Positions 60,250-64,000 of a stretch of 64,000 bases of DNA are shown here, piece after piece. The DNA lies in assembly GCF_009914755.1 (NCBI RefSeq), contig NC_060933.1; one strand, 5' to 3'. Within the stretch, counting starts at the first letter, position 1. Every line of letters begins with the position of its first letter. The DNA is from the human T2T-CHM13v2.0 reference genome, Homo sapiens. A program made the position numbers and the translations under genes. Under the pieces are notes generated by a model. It was not told where the DNA came from. It made no database searches and saw only the letters and a list, made by a program, of their open reading frames with translations.

Positions 60250-60940
60250 ACTTCTTATATATTTACCTGAACCCTTAGCAGTTTGATGAGCATACATTTA
60301 AGAAATAAAGGATTCCTTGAATTGTTATCAGTTGAAATGCTGCATTTCTGAACATGGCAAAAAGTGGTCTAAGAAGCATAGCTTAAGCAACTTTCTGTCC
60401 ACCACTGGTTTTTCTGCGCCCAGCCTCTGCCTGCAATGTGTGATTGGCATACAGCCTCTCACAGGCCCTCAGAATGTACAGGTCTAACTTTCACAAATGA
60501 ACCTGGAAGATAATTTGTAATTTTGTGGAGGTGTGTGTTCAAGAGCAGCACATTGGTGTGCTAATCAGTATCCCTTCACCAGCCAGTGAGCCTTGCTGCT
60601 CATCAGCATCAATACCTCAGTGTAATGTCTTGCCCTTATCATACATGCAGAAACTCTCAAGAAGTAGTTGAAAAACAATCAAAGCTTAGCATTTTAGTAA
60701 AATGTTACAGTGGTTTTGAGAAAATTGCTGACCAAAGGAAGATGTGCACCTATCAAAGTAGTAAATTTTTACTAGTGTTGCTGCTGCCATAGGCTATAAG
60801 CTCCCTGAGAGCAGGGATTAGGTCTTACTCACATCATTCCCTAGTGCTGGGGTACATCACCTGGGAGATAGAATGTGCTCAGCATATATTTGAGGAATGG
60901 CTAAATAAGGAAATGATTATTTCTAATAAAAGGAAAAGAT

Positions 60941-61513
<573 letters not shown>

Positions 61514-63642
61514 TGAAGAATGTATAGCACTTACTATGTGCCAGGCACTGCTCTAAATCTTTTACATATATTAACTCATTTAATCATTGCAACAACCCTA
61601 TAAATTAACTATTCTTTATCTCTATTTTTCAGATGAGGAAACTGTGTCACCAACAGTTTGAGTGCCTTGTTGAAGGTCACATAGCTGGTTACTGGTAGAG
61701 TTATGATTTATAATCCACATGGTCTGACTTTACATTTAACAGCTCTCATATGGAATAAATTAAATGCTATACTGCTATTCAGATATGTGGGAAGACATGA
61801 AAGCCTCAAGATATAGTCACCAGCCTCTGTTACAAGCTTGTTGTTTGTTTTTGCTTTTGGCTTTTTGTCTTGCCACGGCAAACTCCTAAGGGATTCTGGT
61901 AATTTGTTAGCAAACTTTCTAAACCCTTCCAAGACTGCCAAATTGCTAATTCTTAAGCAGTTTTCATTGACACTATTACATTGTTTCATGTCAGGGCTTT
62001 AGAAGCAGGTGAAATAGATATTGGTTTTGGGGAGTGGGGGAAAGCTGACTAGTAATTGATGAATGGCTAGCATCTTTATACAGGAGAGGAATTTGCAAGG
62101 CAAGTAGGTGGGCTTGTTCTGAGTTTCTTTTGTTAGTTTCAGGAGTTAGGCTTGTTGAATTAAGTAAATAAAGCTCACAATGTGCTGATCATGTGAAACC
62201 TAATGCCAAGTCTATTTCTGAGCCACTGTGAAGAGGACATAGATAAACAAGGAGGGAGGAGTGTCAAGTCACACAAAATATTTCTTACTGGACTTGGATT
62301 TTATTTTTTAAATCTATTCTTTTGGAAATAGAGCCATGATCTAACTTAATGTGGCTACTCTGAATGCATGCTTTCTCCATGTCCACTCTAATTTCTTTGC
62401 AGGTTCGTATAAATTTTGTAAGTAGGCTTTGTAAATCAAACTGTGGACTAAATATCCTGGTGCGACTCTCAAATTGCTCTCTCAAATTGCAGGCACAAAG
62501 TCTTGGAAGTTCTGTTGGGCAGAAACAAACTGGACCAACATTTTGCGTTTCTGTTATCATCCAACTTCCTATATGCAGTCAATCTGATAACAAACAAGCT
62601 AATGAGCTCACACTAGAATTAGAAATTATAAAACATTTGGTTTTCCAGGGGAACTGGGAATGGTTTTGTAATTAATGTGTCAGAAGGAAAACTGAAGCAA
62701 AGAAGTTTTCAATTGCACCATATATGACAGACAAAAAATGAAATTAAATGCATCCTTCAGCTCTGAGGACAGATAATGGTCCTCTGTATCTAAGCGTCCA
62801 GGAGGAGGTGTTCTCTCTATTCCATACATCTGTGTCCCAGTGACCAAATGCAATGAAGAGAGACAACTTGTAAATTAAACAAACACAATGGGGCATAAAG
62901 ATTTTTCCCCTTTAATATTACGGGATATGACAAAGAAGATCATTTTCTGGTTGCCGTAAAAATACAACAGTAAAGTTGAATTAGACCCGCAGATTTGATT
63001 AATGAATGCTGTGCTTATGAAAACACATAATTATTCCTGAGCTCTTGGAATGAACCAAGTGCGGTAGCTTCTGGGGCACTTGTGCATATTACTTTTAAAG
63101 ATAGAATCCTGCTTGGCAAAAATGGCTCTCCCAGTTCTATATAAAAGATACAGCAAGAAGCAGTGAATGTATATATAGACAAAGAGAAAAATAAAGCTCA
63201 TAGCTGTCTTCATACCAGTATAGATCTTTCTTAGCACATAACTAGATTTTTGTGGATTTTACAAGTTAAATAATGTGAAAAATATATTTGGGCACAAGCC
63301 GGGATCGCTGAGCTATATAAAAGGGATTCTATCACTCAGAGAGTTGTGTGATCATGGGCTAGTCAGTATCCTTTGTCAGTGGGCCTGTCTCCCTCATTCG
63401 TAAAATGGATATGGGGAGGCTTACTATTTCCTTACCAGCCATTTCAAATATATGTCTCCTGATAACCTTTGCATTTTAGAGCTCTTCTTTTGTTTTCCCA
63501 TGAGCAAATCAGCAAGAGCTACAAGTTAGCAAACTTTTAAGGAGTGCTTGCTGTGTACCGGCCCATGATAGGTGATAGGGGCCACAAAGATGAAGGCGCC
63601 TTTTCTCTCTACCCATGAGATCCAGTGAGGCCAATGAATTAC

Positions 63643-63940
63643 TATTATTGTTGTTGTTGTTGAGATAGGCCCTCGCTCTGTCACCTTGGCTGTAGTGCAG
63701 TGGCGCGATCATAGTTCACTGCAGCCTCAATCCCCTGGGGCACAAGTGATCCTCCCACCTCAGCCTCCCAAGTACCTGGGACTACAGGCGTGCACCACCA
63801 TGCCTAGCTAATTTTTGTATATTTTTTAGTGACTGGGTTTTGCCACATTGCCCAGGCTGGTCTCAAACACCTGAGCTCTGGCAGTCCTCCCGCTTCAGCC
63901 TCCCAAAGTGCTGGGATTACAGGCGTGAGCCACCATCCAC
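63643..63940 (-). mobile_element. AluJ
   Basis: Diverged Alu with (TTG)n tail. Confidence 0.88.
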
Positions 63941-64000
63941 CGTGCTCTGGGTCATTTTTTTCAGCTCTCTTATAGTTCATATATACTTTCTCCGGCTATT

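Overview
Primate (almost certainly human, GDA locus) genomic DNA, roughly half interspersed repeats: about 48 Alu copies or fragments by my count, plus L1, L2/MIR, MaLR/ERV LTRs and hAT MITEs. The only true protein-coding sequence is coding exon 1 of GDA (guanine deaminase/cypin; ATG 42389, donor after 42511) inside a CpG-island promoter. Everything after 42512 is GDA intron 1, and I did not find exon 2 in the window. A disabled BTF3 processed pseudogene lies on the minus strand at 374-1277. The rest of the ORF track is Alu-, L1- or low-complexity-derived. I found no evidence of a new multi-gene system. The points worth following up are: a candidate distal first exon about 34.6 kb upstream of the GDA ATG, two local templated duplications, a twin-primed L1, several rearranged or inverted Alu structures, two near-perfect palindromes and a textbook cryptic splice acceptor in intron 1. 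Repeat subfamily names are from memory of consensus sequences and need RepeatMasker/Dfam confirmation.
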